A stretch of 49,703 nt of DNA from an archaeon (GCA_021811935.1 JAKAPW010000001.1:1-49703); one strand, 5' to 3'; numbered from the stretch's first letter, positions 8,135 to 17,263 are shown. The notes: generated by a model not told the origin, from the letters alone. Numbers and translations are program-made.

Positions 8135-9685
8135 TCAATGGGCGTCTTGCGTCATCCATCCCTTGGCCCTCTCCACCGCCCTTCTCCACCCGGTGTATTT
8201 CCCCTCCCTCTTGTCCTCATCCCACCTAGGTTCGAACGTCCTGTCTTTCCGCCATAGCTTCCTGATGTCGGCTGTGCCACGCCATACCCCGATGGCCAGT
8301 CCTGCAGCGTACGCCGCCCCCGCGGCAGTCATTTCTCTGATCTTCGGCCTGATTATGACGCGCCCGAGCACGTCTGCTTGAAGCTGCATCAGGTAATCGT
8401 TGACTGTCGCGCCGCCATCCACTTTGAGTGACCTGATGCGCATCCCTGTGTCCTCCTGCATGGACTCGAAGACATCCCTTGTCTGGTAGCAGATGGCCTC
8501 CAGCGCGGCGTGCACGATATGCTCCGCTCTTGTATACTGCGTCAGCCCTATGATGAGGCCTCGCGCCTTCCGGTCCCAATAAGGGGCGTACAGGCCTGTG
8601 AACGCAGGAACGAAGTACACGCCCGCGGAACCGACCTTCGACACGGACTTGGCCAGCCGCTCGACATCAGTGGGGCCGCCTATGACTCCTAGGTTTTCCT
8701 CCAGCCACCTGACCGCCATTCCGGTTACCGCAATGGAGCCTTCAAGCGCATAAGATACCTTCTTCTCCTCCAGTCCATAGGCCACCGTTGTTACGAGCCC
8801 ATGCCTGGAAAATATGAGGCTCGCCCCCGTATTCTGTAGCAGAAACGAGCCGCTCCCATATGTATTTTTCGTCTCTCCCGACTCGAAGCAAAGGTGTCCG
8901 AATAGGGAAGACTGTTGGTCGCCCAGGTCTCCACAGATGGGTATCTCATATGTGAAGGGGCCGTCGATTGCGGTGTATCCGTAGATGTTCCTATCAGAAC
9001 TGGGTCTGATTTCGGGCAGAATCGTTTCCGGAATCTTGAACAGTTCCAAAAGGTCGCCGGACCAGGATAGCTTCTCTATGTCCATCAACATCGTGCGGGA
9101 GGCGTTTGTGTAGTCCGTAACGTGGGCTGGGGTACCCGCCGAGCCGTTTTTCCGCTGCATCAGGTTCCAGATCAGCCACGTGTCCACATTTCCAAAGAGT
9201 ATCTCCCCCTTGTCGGCCCTCTCCCGCGCCCCAGGAAGGTGGTTCAACATCCACTGGAGCTTTGTGCTCGAGAAGTAGCTGCTGAGAGGAAGGCCAGTCT
9301 TCCGGCGTATGATATCTTCGTTTTCGTCCTTCAGGCGTTCACACAGATCGCCTGTCCTGGTATCTTGCCAGACTATCGCGTTATAAAGCGGGCGACCGGT
9401 CTTCGCGTCCCAAAGCATGGCGGTCTCTCTTTGGTTTGTAATGCCGACCGCGGCAATCTGCTTCGGCTCTAACAGCGCTTTCTTGAGCGCCTTCCTTATT
9501 ACCGCCTTGGTCTTCTTCCATATTTCAATCGGATCGTGTTCAACCCAGCCGGGCTTTGGATAGATTTGCATATGCGCCGCATATGCATATGACTTTACGG
9601 CCCCGTTCTGGTCGAAGACTACACATCGCGTCCCACTTGTCCCTTGGTCTATGGCAGCGACGAACCTTTCGTCTTGGTTCTTCAT
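8135..9685 (-). CDS. glpK: glycerol kinase
   Basis: FVAAIDQGTSGTRCVVFD, GWVEHDPIEIW and FGGY-family motifs throughout. Start trimmed to ATG 9685 (MKNQDERFVAAIDQG), which is aa 53 of the track ORF. Confidence 0.92.
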   Translation of the reverse strand: MKNQDERFVAAIDQGTSGTRCVVFDQNGAVKSYAYAAHMQIYPKPGWVEHDPIEIWKKTKAVIRKALKKALLEPKQIAAVGITNQRETAMLWDAKTGRPLYNAIVWQDTRTGDLCERLKDENEDIIRRKTGLPLSSYFSSTKLQWMLNHLPGARERADKGEILFGNVDTWLIWNLMQRKNGSAGTPAHVTDYTNASRTMLMDIEKLSWSGDLLELFKIPETILPEIRPSSDRNIYGYTAIDGPFTYEIPICGDLGDQQSSLFGHLCFESGETKNTYGSGSFLLQNTGASLIFSRHGLVTTVAYGLEEKKVSYALEGSIAVTGMAVRWLEENLGVIGGPTDVERLAKSVSKVGSAGVYFVPAFTGLYAPYWDRKARGLIIGLTQYTRAEHIVHAALEAICYQTRDVFESMQEDTGMRIRSLKVDGGATVNDYLMQLQADVLGRVIIRPKIREMTAAGAAYAAGLAIGVWRGTADIRKLWRKDRTFEPRWDEDKREGKYTGWRRAVERAKGWMTQDAH

Positions 9686-9711
9686 CTGCACGACTCTGAT
9701 GTCCGATGTCG

Positions 9712-9719
9712 AATATAAA
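9712..9719 (-). promoter_or_regulatory. TATA box (TTTATATT on the minus strand) for glpK
   Basis: 26 nt separate it from ATG 9685. This supports the shorter glpK start and a leaderless mRNA. Confidence 0.5.
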
Positions 9720-10117
9720 CGGACCGTCGCGGTCTGCGCCGTAGCAGTCAGAGAAGGACGGATTCCAGCAGCAGAACCTGTAACTGTGGAGGCGCCGGGG
9801 TCTATCTGAAACAGACCACTAGGACGAGGTTTGGTCGTCAACCTGATTCGGGACGACGAGCCGGTGGCACATGGAGGGACTATGCATGGAGAGTACGTAA
9901 GCGTCGTTCGACCGGGCCGTCGAGTTCAGAGCAAGATGTCATCGGGACTAATGCGCCCGGACGGGTTGGTGGGCAACCCCCGATAGGGCAGTCGAGACGA
10001 TTCGGGCGAGGCACGTCTTGGACTACAGCCGCCGCGGAAAGGAGGTGCGCAGTGCGTCCCTCCTTCGAAGGACGTATGTCTTTCCGATGTCGTCGTAGAA
10101 TGGCCCGCGGGCAGGGC

Positions 10118-11650
10118 CTACAACTTCGTCACTGCCCTGCTCTTCCCGAGTCCTGCGGGAGACAGGTTGAACTGGATTGTCTTTATCCTTGTCATCTCAT
10201 CTATGCTGTAGCCCACCCCCTCCCTCCCGAGCCCAGAATCCTTGTTGCCGCCAAAGGGAAAGTATCCGACCCCGTGGGACGGGGCGTCGTTGATGGAAAC
10301 GCTTCCCTCCTCCAACCCCTTCGCGGCCTTCCATGCGATGTATAGGCTCTCGGTGAAGATGCAGGAGTCCAGGCCGTAGTGTGATTTGTTTGCTAGTTGT
10401 ATTGCCACGTCTACGCTCTCCACCCTGACGATCGTGATGACCGGGCCGAATGTCTCCTCCCATGCGATTTGCGAGTCCAGCGAAACGTTGTCAATTATCG
10501 TGGGCTCGAAGTACGCTCCCTTGTGGGTGCCGCCCTTCAGGAGCTTGGCTCCCTTCGATACCGCGTCGTCCACCATGGTCTGAACCCGCTCGGCGGCCTT
10601 CTCGTCTATCAACGGCCCCATATTGTTCTGGGCGTCCCTCGGGTCCCCCATTTTCCATCTTTCGAACTCACGAAGCAGGTGGGAGAGGAATGCGTCTGCA
10701 ACGGAGCGTTCCACCAGAACCCTGCTTATCGCGTCGCATCTCTGTCCGGAGTATTTCAACGAGCCTTCGCAGACCTTGCCGGCTGCCAGAGCGAGGCTTG
10801 CATCGGGCGCTATTATGGCGGAACCCTTCCCCCCGAGTTCCAAGTGCAGTTTCTTCATCACCGCGAGCCCTGCGACGTGCCTCCCTGTCTCCGTGCTCCC
10901 CGTCAATGTGACCATCTGGACGAGCGGGTGTGAGACAAGCGGGTCGCCGACGTCCCTCCCCGACCCCGTCACAATGTTGACGGCCCCGGCGGGGATGCCT
11001 GACTCGTGGAGGATCCTGGCGAAAAGTATGGCGGCTATGGGGTCGTCACTCGCAGGCTTGATCACTGTAGTGTTGCCAGAAACGAGTGCAGGAATCACCT
11101 TGGCCACCGTCGAGAAGAGGGGATAGTTGAAAGGAGACACACATGCTATGACCCCCATCGGCTCGTGTATGACCAGTGCGAATTTCTGCATTGTATCTTC
11201 GGACCAGTCCCCTGGAACATATTCGCCGAAGATGCGTCTGGCTTCCTCCATCGTCATCTTTATTCTGTTCAACGACGCGGCGACCTCGGCCTCGGCCAAC
11301 TTGACAGGCTTCCCGGCCTCCAGAACCAGCGTGTTGACGAAGTTCTTGCGATGGTCCTCGATTATATGCCTGGCCCTGTTCAATATGTCTATCCTGTCTA
11401 TTGCGGGTATGTCTCTTATCTTCTTCTTGGCGCCATGCGCAGCCGAAACCGCCAGTTCCACGTCGGCTGCCCCCCCGGCCTGGGCCTTGGCGACGATGCC
11501 TCCGTCGATCGGCGAATGGACGCCGAACGTCCCGCCGGTCTTGGATGTCTTCCACCGTCCGTCTATCAACATCAAGAACTCTTGCACTCCGTCCCGGACG
11601 ACGGAACAATCGTCAAACAACCCCGTCAGTGACAGAGCGTCCTGTTCCAT
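10118..11650 (-). CDS. gapN: aldehyde dehydrogenase, non-phosphorylating glyceraldehyde-3-phosphate dehydrogenase (GapN)-like
   Basis: ALDH fold with ELGGKG and a catalytic-Cys context YSGQRCDAISRVLV that resembles GapN-type enzymes. TTTTTATA box about 37 nt upstream of the ATG. Confidence 0.8.
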   Translation of the reverse strand: MEQDALSLTGLFDDCSVVRDGVQEFLMLIDGRWKTSKTGGTFGVHSPIDGGIVAKAQAGGAADVELAVSAAHGAKKKIRDIPAIDRIDILNRARHIIEDHRKNFVNTLVLEAGKPVKLAEAEVAASLNRIKMTMEEARRIFGEYVPGDWSEDTMQKFALVIHEPMGVIACVSPFNYPLFSTVAKVIPALVSGNTTVIKPASDDPIAAILFARILHESGIPAGAVNIVTGSGRDVGDPLVSHPLVQMVTLTGSTETGRHVAGLAVMKKLHLELGGKGSAIIAPDASLALAAGKVCEGSLKYSGQRCDAISRVLVERSVADAFLSHLLREFERWKMGDPRDAQNNMGPLIDEKAAERVQTMVDDAVSKGAKLLKGGTHKGAYFEPTIIDNVSLDSQIAWEETFGPVITIVRVESVDVAIQLANKSHYGLDSCIFTESLYIAWKAAKGLEEGSVSINDAPSHGVGYFPFGGNKDSGLGREGVGYSIDEMTRIKTIQFNLSPAGLGKSRAVTKL

Positions 11651-12095
11651 TTATCATTCGCCCATGTCCTTGAATCAAGCACGTCGTATAAAAACGCGTG
11701 CTCGCCGACTGGCCCTTCCTGCTTCCATGGTCTCTGGTTGACATGAAGGGTCGTCTCACTGCGTATAACCCGTCTATGGTGGGGCGTGTCGGTATTATCG
11801 ACCGGCTTTGGGGATACAGCCGTTTGGTGCTTCTTTTTCGGACGATGCCTTCAGAATCCTCTTTTGCTCGAACCGACGATGTCAACGGCTGACGGTGCAG
11901 CAGACGTTTTTCATATGATGTGCCCCGGGCTCCAAAATTGCATTGTCGTATCGGAATCGGCCGGGCTCGCTCTCGGTCGGCATCCGATGGCGGGGTAATC
12001 AATCTTTCCTACGAGTGCTTCCATTGAACGTTTCGGACAGCCCTCTGGTTCCTTTGGAAACCGCTTTGCCCGTCCGACCAGACCCGAACACCACA

Positions 12096-13052
12096 CTACC
12101 TCAAATGGGACCATCCTGCGTCCCTGACCTCCACCCCCCCGTCCGGCGTCTTGTAGACCACCCCGCTCCCCTCCCTCACCGCCCCGAATTCGTATATCCT
12201 CCCTCCCGCCTTCTTGGCCATCCGTGTTGCATCCGTCATCCGGTCGGGAGGAATCGTCGCGACGCCGATGAACTCTTCGCCGCCATACAACACGGCGTCC
12301 GCCAGGACGCCGCCCCTCAGCAGTTCCTTCAACGCGTCGTCGGTCGGAAGGGTCGTCATCTCGATCCTGACGCCGCTCTGCCTGGATATCTCGTGCAGCG
12401 TCCGGGCCAGCCCGTCGCTCGAATCCATCGACGAGTGGGCCATCCCCGAAGAGGCTATGTCCCTTATCGTCCTGAAGTCGGGTCTGGGGGCGGTCACGCT
12501 CGATACGCACCTGGCCACCACCTCCCGCGGGAGCCTGAGCCCGGCAAGGAGGTGCCGCAGGCCTAGCGCGGAATAGCCGAACGGCCCCGTGGCTATGACG
12601 GAGTCTCCCGGCCTGGCCCCCCCTCTGGTGACCTTGGCGCCAGAGAACCCGTACATGATGCAGTCTATCGAAAGGCTCTTCGACTCGTTGACGTCCCCGG
12701 CGACGAGCCTTACGGAGTACTCGCGTGACGCGTCCCTCAGGCCGGAGACTATATCCTGGACCGTCCTCCTCCCCGACAGCCGCCTGGGCAGGGCCAGGGA
12801 GACCATGAAACCTTCGGGGGTGGCGCCCTTGGCGGCGAAGTCTGAAAGGCAGGAGATCAGCGACTTCCTTGCCGCCTGCCTCAGCGTCATCCCCGGGGGC
12901 ATGTCCGTGTCCGCTACGAACATGTCCGCCTTCAATATCAGCTTCCCCTTTCCGGGATCCACCCTGACCACATCGTCGAACATGCCTTCGTCTGTGGCGG
13001 GGGCGGCCCCGAACGCCTTCCTTATCTCCTCGATTATCTGCCGTTCGTTCAT
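12096..13052 (-). CDS. thiL: thiamine-monophosphate kinase (AIR-synthase-related)
   Basis: Lower third of track ORF 12096..14255, starting MNERQIIEEIRKAF. Contains ADMFVADTDMPPGM and LSDFAAKGATP. Its ATG overlaps the upstream stop (ATGA). Confidence 0.85.
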   Translation of the reverse strand: MNERQIIEEIRKAFGAAPATDEGMFDDVVRVDPGKGKLILKADMFVADTDMPPGMTLRQAARKSLISCLSDFAAKGATPEGFMVSLALPRRLSGRRTVQDIVSGLRDASREYSVRLVAGDVNESKSLSIDCIMYGFSGAKVTRGGARPGDSVIATGPFGYSALGLRHLLAGLRLPREVVARCVSSVTAPRPDFRTIRDIASSGMAHSSMDSSDGLARTLHEISRQSGVRIEMTTLPTDDALKELLRGGVLADAVLYGGEEFIGVATIPPDRMTDATRMAKKAGGRIYEFGAVREGSGVVYKTPDGGVEVRDAGWSHLR

Positions 13053-14347
13053 TGCCGGTGCACCCGGCCCAGCAGCCTCTCCTCCACCGTGCGGAGCAGT
13101 TCCTCCGCTCCCTCCATGCTCCTCGCCTCCACCGATATTCTGACGACGTCCTCCGTCCTGGACGGCCTGACCAGCCACCACCCTTCGCCCTCCCTCACCT
13201 TGACGCCGTCCAGCGTCACCGCGTCTCCGTGGCTTCTCTTCATCTCCTCTATCGCGGCCAGCGCCTGCCCCCTCTCCATCTCGACCTTGGTCCTTATCTG
13301 ATGGTGCCCGGCCAGCCACCCTATGTCCAGCCCGCCGCGCCTCCGCACCATGTGGGCCGCGGCAAGCAGGCCGTCCCTGCAATGGTTGAACGACCGGTCT
13401 ATGACCCCCGCGCTGCTCCCCTCCCCTCCGAGGGCGCAGTCCTTCTCGAGCATGACCTTCAACACGTTCGCCTCTCCGACCGGGGCCAGAAACACGCTGA
13501 CCCCCCTGCTGCTGGCTGCCTCCAGGACGGCGTCGGAGGTGTCCACGCTCACCGCGACGCCGCTGCCCTTCGGGAGGGTTTCGACGGCGGCCATCAGGGC
13601 GAAGTCGGGCGGCATCTTCCTCCCTTCCCTGTCGACCACCTGCAGCCTGTCTCCGTCGCAGTCGAACGCGAACCCGACGTCGCAGCCCGATACCTTCATG
13701 ACGGCGCGGAGCTGCTCCAGCGCATCCTGGGTGGGGTCGATCCCCCTTGTGAAGACGCCCATGGTCCCGTTCACCACTATCACCTCGGCTCCCATGTCGT
13801 TGAAGAGCTTCGGCACGCGGACGCACGCGCTCCCGCCCCCAGCGTCCACCGCTATCTTGAGCCCGGCAGCGGAGCCCCTGCCCGCGAGCCCCAGTATCTC
13901 GGAGTAATACGCGCGCGAATCGTCCTTCTCCAGCTCCGGCCGGGCTCCGTACCTGCACGCCTCCAGCTTCACCCGGCCTAGCTCGTCTTCGAAGAGCCCC
14001 CTCCCCTCCCTTATCAGCTTCAGCCCGTTCCATTCCTTCGGATTGTGGGAGGCCGTTATCATGACCCCCCCGGCGAGCCCTTCCCGCCTCACATGCCTGA
14101 ATATCTCGGGGGTGGTCACCACGCCCATGTCCACCACGGCGCTCCCCCCGTAGAGCAGGCCGGACACCGCCGCCTTCTTCAGGACGACCGACGATTCGCG
14201 GGGGTCCATCCCGACCGCGACCCTCCTCCCGCCCAGGAATCCGGCGAACCTGCATCCCACCGCGAAGGCGTACTCGACGTTCATGCTTTCGGGGTAGGTC
14301 CCCCTCAGGCCTGAGACGGTTTCGAGCGGAACCCTCGCGGAGCCCAC
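13049..14347 (-). CDS. alpha-D-phosphohexomutase (second copy; PGM/PMM type)
   Basis: GVMITASHNPKEWNGLKL, GFAFDCDGDRLQV, VRPSRTEDV. The first in-frame start after the upstream stop is GTG 14347 (MGSARVPLETVSGLRG). The upper part of track ORF 13049..15259 is antisense to the M20 gene. Confidence 0.85.
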   Translation of the reverse strand: MGSARVPLETVSGLRGTYPESMNVEYAFAVGCRFAGFLGGRRVAVGMDPRESSVVLKKAAVSGLLYGGSAVVDMGVVTTPEIFRHVRREGLAGGVMITASHNPKEWNGLKLIREGRGLFEDELGRVKLEACRYGARPELEKDDSRAYYSEILGLAGRGSAAGLKIAVDAGGGSACVRVPKLFNDMGAEVIVVNGTMGVFTRGIDPTQDALEQLRAVMKVSGCDVGFAFDCDGDRLQVVDREGRKMPPDFALMAAVETLPKGSGVAVSVDTSDAVLEAASSRGVSVFLAPVGEANVLKVMLEKDCALGGEGSSAGVIDRSFNHCRDGLLAAAHMVRRRGGLDIGWLAGHHQIRTKVEMERGQALAAIEEMKRSHGDAVTLDGVKVREGEGWWLVRPSRTEDVVRISVEARSMEGAEELLRTVEERLLGRVHRQ

Positions 14348-14373
14348 GGATTTCCGCGTAGGGCGCCCGAAGG

Positions 14374-15570
14374 TTAAAGGTTTTGAGCCCCGAACTCGGC
14401 CGCGAGGGCCGCCAGCGACACCGAGCCGTACTTCAGCACGTCTTCGTCCACCTTGAACCTGGAGCTGTGGTTGGGGTAGATGCACCCCTTCTTCGGGTTG
14501 TCCGTCCCCAGGAAGTAGAAGGTACCCGGCGCCTGGTGCAGGAATCTGGAGAAGTCCTCGCCGCCCATTACGGGTCTGTACACCGTCGTCTTCGTCCCCT
14601 CTATCGTCTTGAGTACCTTGAAGACCTTCGCCGTCACCTTCGGGTCGTTGACGGTGACGGGATAGGCGTCCTCCATGAAGCTCAGTTCGCAGGAGGCCCC
14701 GAAGGCCCTGCAGACGGTCTTGGCGACCCTGACCACGTGCCTCTTGGCGCTGGCCCTGGTCTTTTCGTCCAGCGTCCTTATCGTCCCCTCCAGCAGCGCC
14801 TCGTCCGGTATTATGTTGTCCTTCGAGCCGGCATGTATGCTGCAGACCGAGATGACCAGGGGCTGCGTCTGGTCCGTCAACCTGCTCGAAACTCCCTGCA
14901 GGGAATTGATGACCTGCGCGGAGACGAAGATGGGGTCGACCGTCTTGTGTGGCTCCGAGCCATGCCCGCCCCTGCCCACTATGCGGACCTTGAAGGAGTC
15001 GGGTGCCGCCATCATCGCACCCGGCCTCAAAGCGAAGGTGCCTGCCGGGGCCCCGTTCATTATGTGCAGCCCGAAGACGTAGTCCACCTTCGGGTTCTTC
15101 ATGGCGCCGTCTTCTATCATCGGCTTGGCCCCTCCCCTGCCTCCGTGCTCTTCGGCCGGCTGGAACAGGAACTTGACCGTCCCCGCGAGCTCGTCCCTGC
15201 GCCCCGCGAGCAGCATGGCCGCTCCCAGCAGCATGGAGACGTGCGTGTCGTGGCCGCACGCGTGCATGGCGTTGTCTACCTTCGACCTGAACTCGACGTC
15301 CGCGTTCTCCTGTATGGGGAGGGCGTCCATGTCCGCCCTGAGCGCCACAACCCTTCCTTCCTTCCCCCCCTCCAGCAGGCCTACCACGCCCGTCCCCCCC
15401 ACGCCGCTTGTCGCCTTGATCCCCAGCCCCCTCAGCCTGTCCGCGACAAGCTTGGACGTCCTGAACTCCTTGTAGGCCAGCTCCGGGTTCTCGTGGACGT
15501 CGCGCCTTATCTTGATTATCTCCGGCTCGTACTTCTTCACGTCTTTCATGAACGCCCGCGCATTAAGCAT
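14374..15570 (-). CDS. M20-family amidohydrolase (N-acyl-amino-acid / peptidase M20D type)
   Basis: HENPELAYKE, ALRADMDALP, HACGHD and the M20 dimerisation region. Start set at ATG 15570 (MLNARAF), 23 nt downstream of TTTAAATA (15594-15601). The track ORF starts at 15639. Confidence 0.85.
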   Translation of the reverse strand: MLNARAFMKDVKKYEPEIIKIRRDVHENPELAYKEFRTSKLVADRLRGLGIKATSGVGGTGVVGLLEGGKEGRVVALRADMDALPIQENADVEFRSKVDNAMHACGHDTHVSMLLGAAMLLAGRRDELAGTVKFLFQPAEEHGGRGGAKPMIEDGAMKNPKVDYVFGLHIMNGAPAGTFALRPGAMMAAPDSFKVRIVGRGGHGSEPHKTVDPIFVSAQVINSLQGVSSRLTDQTQPLVISVCSIHAGSKDNIIPDEALLEGTIRTLDEKTRASAKRHVVRVAKTVCRAFGASCELSFMEDAYPVTVNDPKVTAKVFKVLKTIEGTKTTVYRPVMGGEDFSRFLHQAPGTFYFLGTDNPKKGCIYPNHSSRFKVDEDVLKYGSVSLAALAAEFGAQNL

Positions 15571-15639
15571 GGCCGCTCCGTTTCCTTTCACCATATTTAA
15601 ATCGTCGCGCGGGGGCGCGGAAGCATTTATTAGGGTCAT

Positions 15640-15654
15640 CCTAACATTGTTAAG
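15640..15654. promoter_or_regulatory. near-perfect 7-1-7 inverted repeat CCTAACA-T-TGTTAAG, candidate operator
   Basis: Lies between a TATA-like CATTTATTAG (about 15623-15632) and the ATG (15664) of the DtxR-family gene. One mismatch in the outer arm. Confidence 0.35.
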
Positions 15655-15663
15655 TGAGCCCTA

Positions 15664-16089
15664 ATGACTCGCCTGACCAGGAGGGAGCGGGAATGCCTGA
15701 TATCGGTGTACGAGTTGTCGGCCGACGGGTGGCCTGCCAGGGTCAGGGATATCTCCGACCAGATGAAGGTCAAGCCGCCTACCGCGGTCGGGTTCCTTGA
15801 GAGGCTCTCCGCCGTCCTGATGGTGGAGAGGGGGGCCGCCGGATACAGGCTGAGCGCAAAGGGGAGGGAGATGATCGACGGGATAATGAGGTCTCACAGG
15901 ATATTCGAGACCTTCCTGACGGGCATAGGGGTGGCGCTTCAGGAGGCCTGCCGGATAGCCTCCGAGGTCGATATGCACATCGAGCCGCCCACGATAAACG
16001 CGCTCTGCGCCCACATAGGCCATCCATCGGAGTGCCCCCACGGCAGGAAGATACCGGGCGGCGACGACCTGGACACGGAGCGCCGATAG
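15664..16089 (+). CDS. DtxR/MntR-family metal-dependent transcriptional regulator
   Basis: N-terminal wHTH (ARVRDISDQMKVKPPTAVGFLERL), a dimerisation/metal-site region (HRIFETFL...EVDMHIEP) and a C-terminal HPSECPHG. Confidence 0.85.
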   Translation: MTRLTRRERECLISVYELSADGWPARVRDISDQMKVKPPTAVGFLERLSAVLMVERGAAGYRLSAKGREMIDGIMRSHRIFETFLTGIGVALQEACRIASEVDMHIEPPTINALCAHIGHPSECPHGRKIPGGDDLDTERR

Positions 16090-16096
16090 TCCGAAG

Positions 16097-17035
16097 GTGG
16101 CGTGGTTGGATCTGTTCGCTCTCGCGCTGGGGAACGTGGTCGAAGCGCTCGTGGTGGCGTTCATGCTGGGCCTGGCGCATGGCATCACGCCCGACGAGCA
16201 TACGTGGCCCATAACGTTCAGCTACTCCGTCGGGAGCTACAGCAGCAGGGGAGGGCTGAAGAGCGGGCTGCTCTTCTCCGCGGGGTTCACCATCCAGCGG
16301 GCGATGATGTCCGAAGTGGCCTATCTGGGCCTGGCCCTGATCTTCACCCGCTGGTACGTCGAACCGCTGGTCTACATAATTGTGGGGACGGTGATGTTCT
16401 TCTCCGGGCAGTACATACTTCAGAAGGGGACCTACCTCCATTCGCACTCGCTGGAGCACCTGCTGCACAGGAAGGTGATAGGCGAGGAGGCGGAAGAACG
16501 GGAACACGCCGTCCCCGAGCTGCAGGACGAGCCCAGGGCGGTGCCGACCAGGATGACTTTGGTGCATGGGCTGATAGCAGGCTTCGGGTTCGGCGCCTAC
16601 GCCACCATAGTCTACTTCACGCTGGCCCCCGCCATGCCATCCGCCTATTTCGGCTTCCTCCCCGGGATGGTCTTCGGCCTGGGCACCATGGTCATGCAGC
16701 TGCTCTTCGGCTTCTCGTTCGGGAAATGGATACAAAGGAAGAAGCTGGGGATAAAGGAGATAGCGTACATCGGGAGGAAGACGGCGGGAAGGACGCTCTA
16801 CTTCGGAGGCATGGTGTTCGCCCTGGTGGGCGTGCTGATCTTCATGTTCCCGGCGGTGGACAACTTCTACCTGACCACCCCCATCTACGTGCACAACCTG
16901 CATCAGTTGGGGGCGGGCTTCCTGCTGGTCGTGTTTACGGTGGGCATCATAGGCGGCGTGTCATATCTGAAGAGCACAAGAGAGGTCCTCAGGCGGGTGG
17001 CGGGGCCCAAGACCGAGGAGGCGCAAACGCTATGA
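16097..17035 (+). CDS. polytopic membrane protein, probable divalent-metal transporter (family not identified)
   Basis: Follows the DtxR gene by 7 nt. Multiple TM helices, GLAHGITPDEH in the first helix pair, a His-rich loop HSHSLEHLLH, and a second-half LVHGLIAGFGFG. Confidence 0.7.
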   Translation: MAWLDLFALALGNVVEALVVAFMLGLAHGITPDEHTWPITFSYSVGSYSSRGGLKSGLLFSAGFTIQRAMMSEVAYLGLALIFTRWYVEPLVYIIVGTVMFFSGQYILQKGTYLHSHSLEHLLHRKVIGEEAEEREHAVPELQDEPRAVPTRMTLVHGLIAGFGFGAYATIVYFTLAPAMPSAYFGFLPGMVFGLGTMVMQLLFGFSFGKWIQRKKLGIKEIAYIGRKTAGRTLYFGGMVFALVGVLIFMFPAVDNFYLTTPIYVHNLHQLGAGFLLVVFTVGIIGGVSYLKSTREVLRRVAGPKTEEAQTL

Positions 17036-17263
17036 TACGAAGCCCCAGGGGGGACTGCCGGTGCTGTGCACATTCGGACCCCCGACCTATCGCTAGCCCG
17101 CCTGGGACCCAGACTCGTGGAGACCGGGCCGGATACGAGGCGATTGAGCTGATCTGTTCGATTGCTCCACCGGGCTGAGCTACTGGGGCTCGCCCGAAGC
17201 ATGAATTGGTGTGCATAATAACTCTTTACTCCGGGAAGCCCCAATCTCAGGGATGAAAACAGC

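Noticed and set aside
9686-9841. A 52-codon N-terminal extension of glpK (MTTKPRPSGL...).
   Set aside because: Glycerol kinases begin just before the AIDQGTS motif. A TATA box sits inside the extension, 26 nt upstream of ATG 9685.
9842-10040. An SRP (7S) RNA on the minus strand, suggested by CUGUAGUCC- and GGCCCGG-like strings.
   Set aside because: There is no GGAA/GNAR helix-8 motif with flanking AGCA/GGA loops, and no long 5'/3' helix-5 pairing could be traced by eye.
11880-11925. A C/D-box sRNA (AUGAUGU and CUGA strings).
   Set aside because: The boxes are in the wrong order on the plus strand and absent on the minus strand. There are no C'/D' boxes or terminal stem.
13053-15259. The upper parts of the 719-aa (12096..14255) and 736-aa (13049..15259) minus-strand ORFs.
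   Set aside because: Only the C-terminal portions (ThiL from MNERQ, the mutase from GTG 14347) are protein-like. The N-terminal parts are RG-rich off-frame reads across the neighbouring genes.
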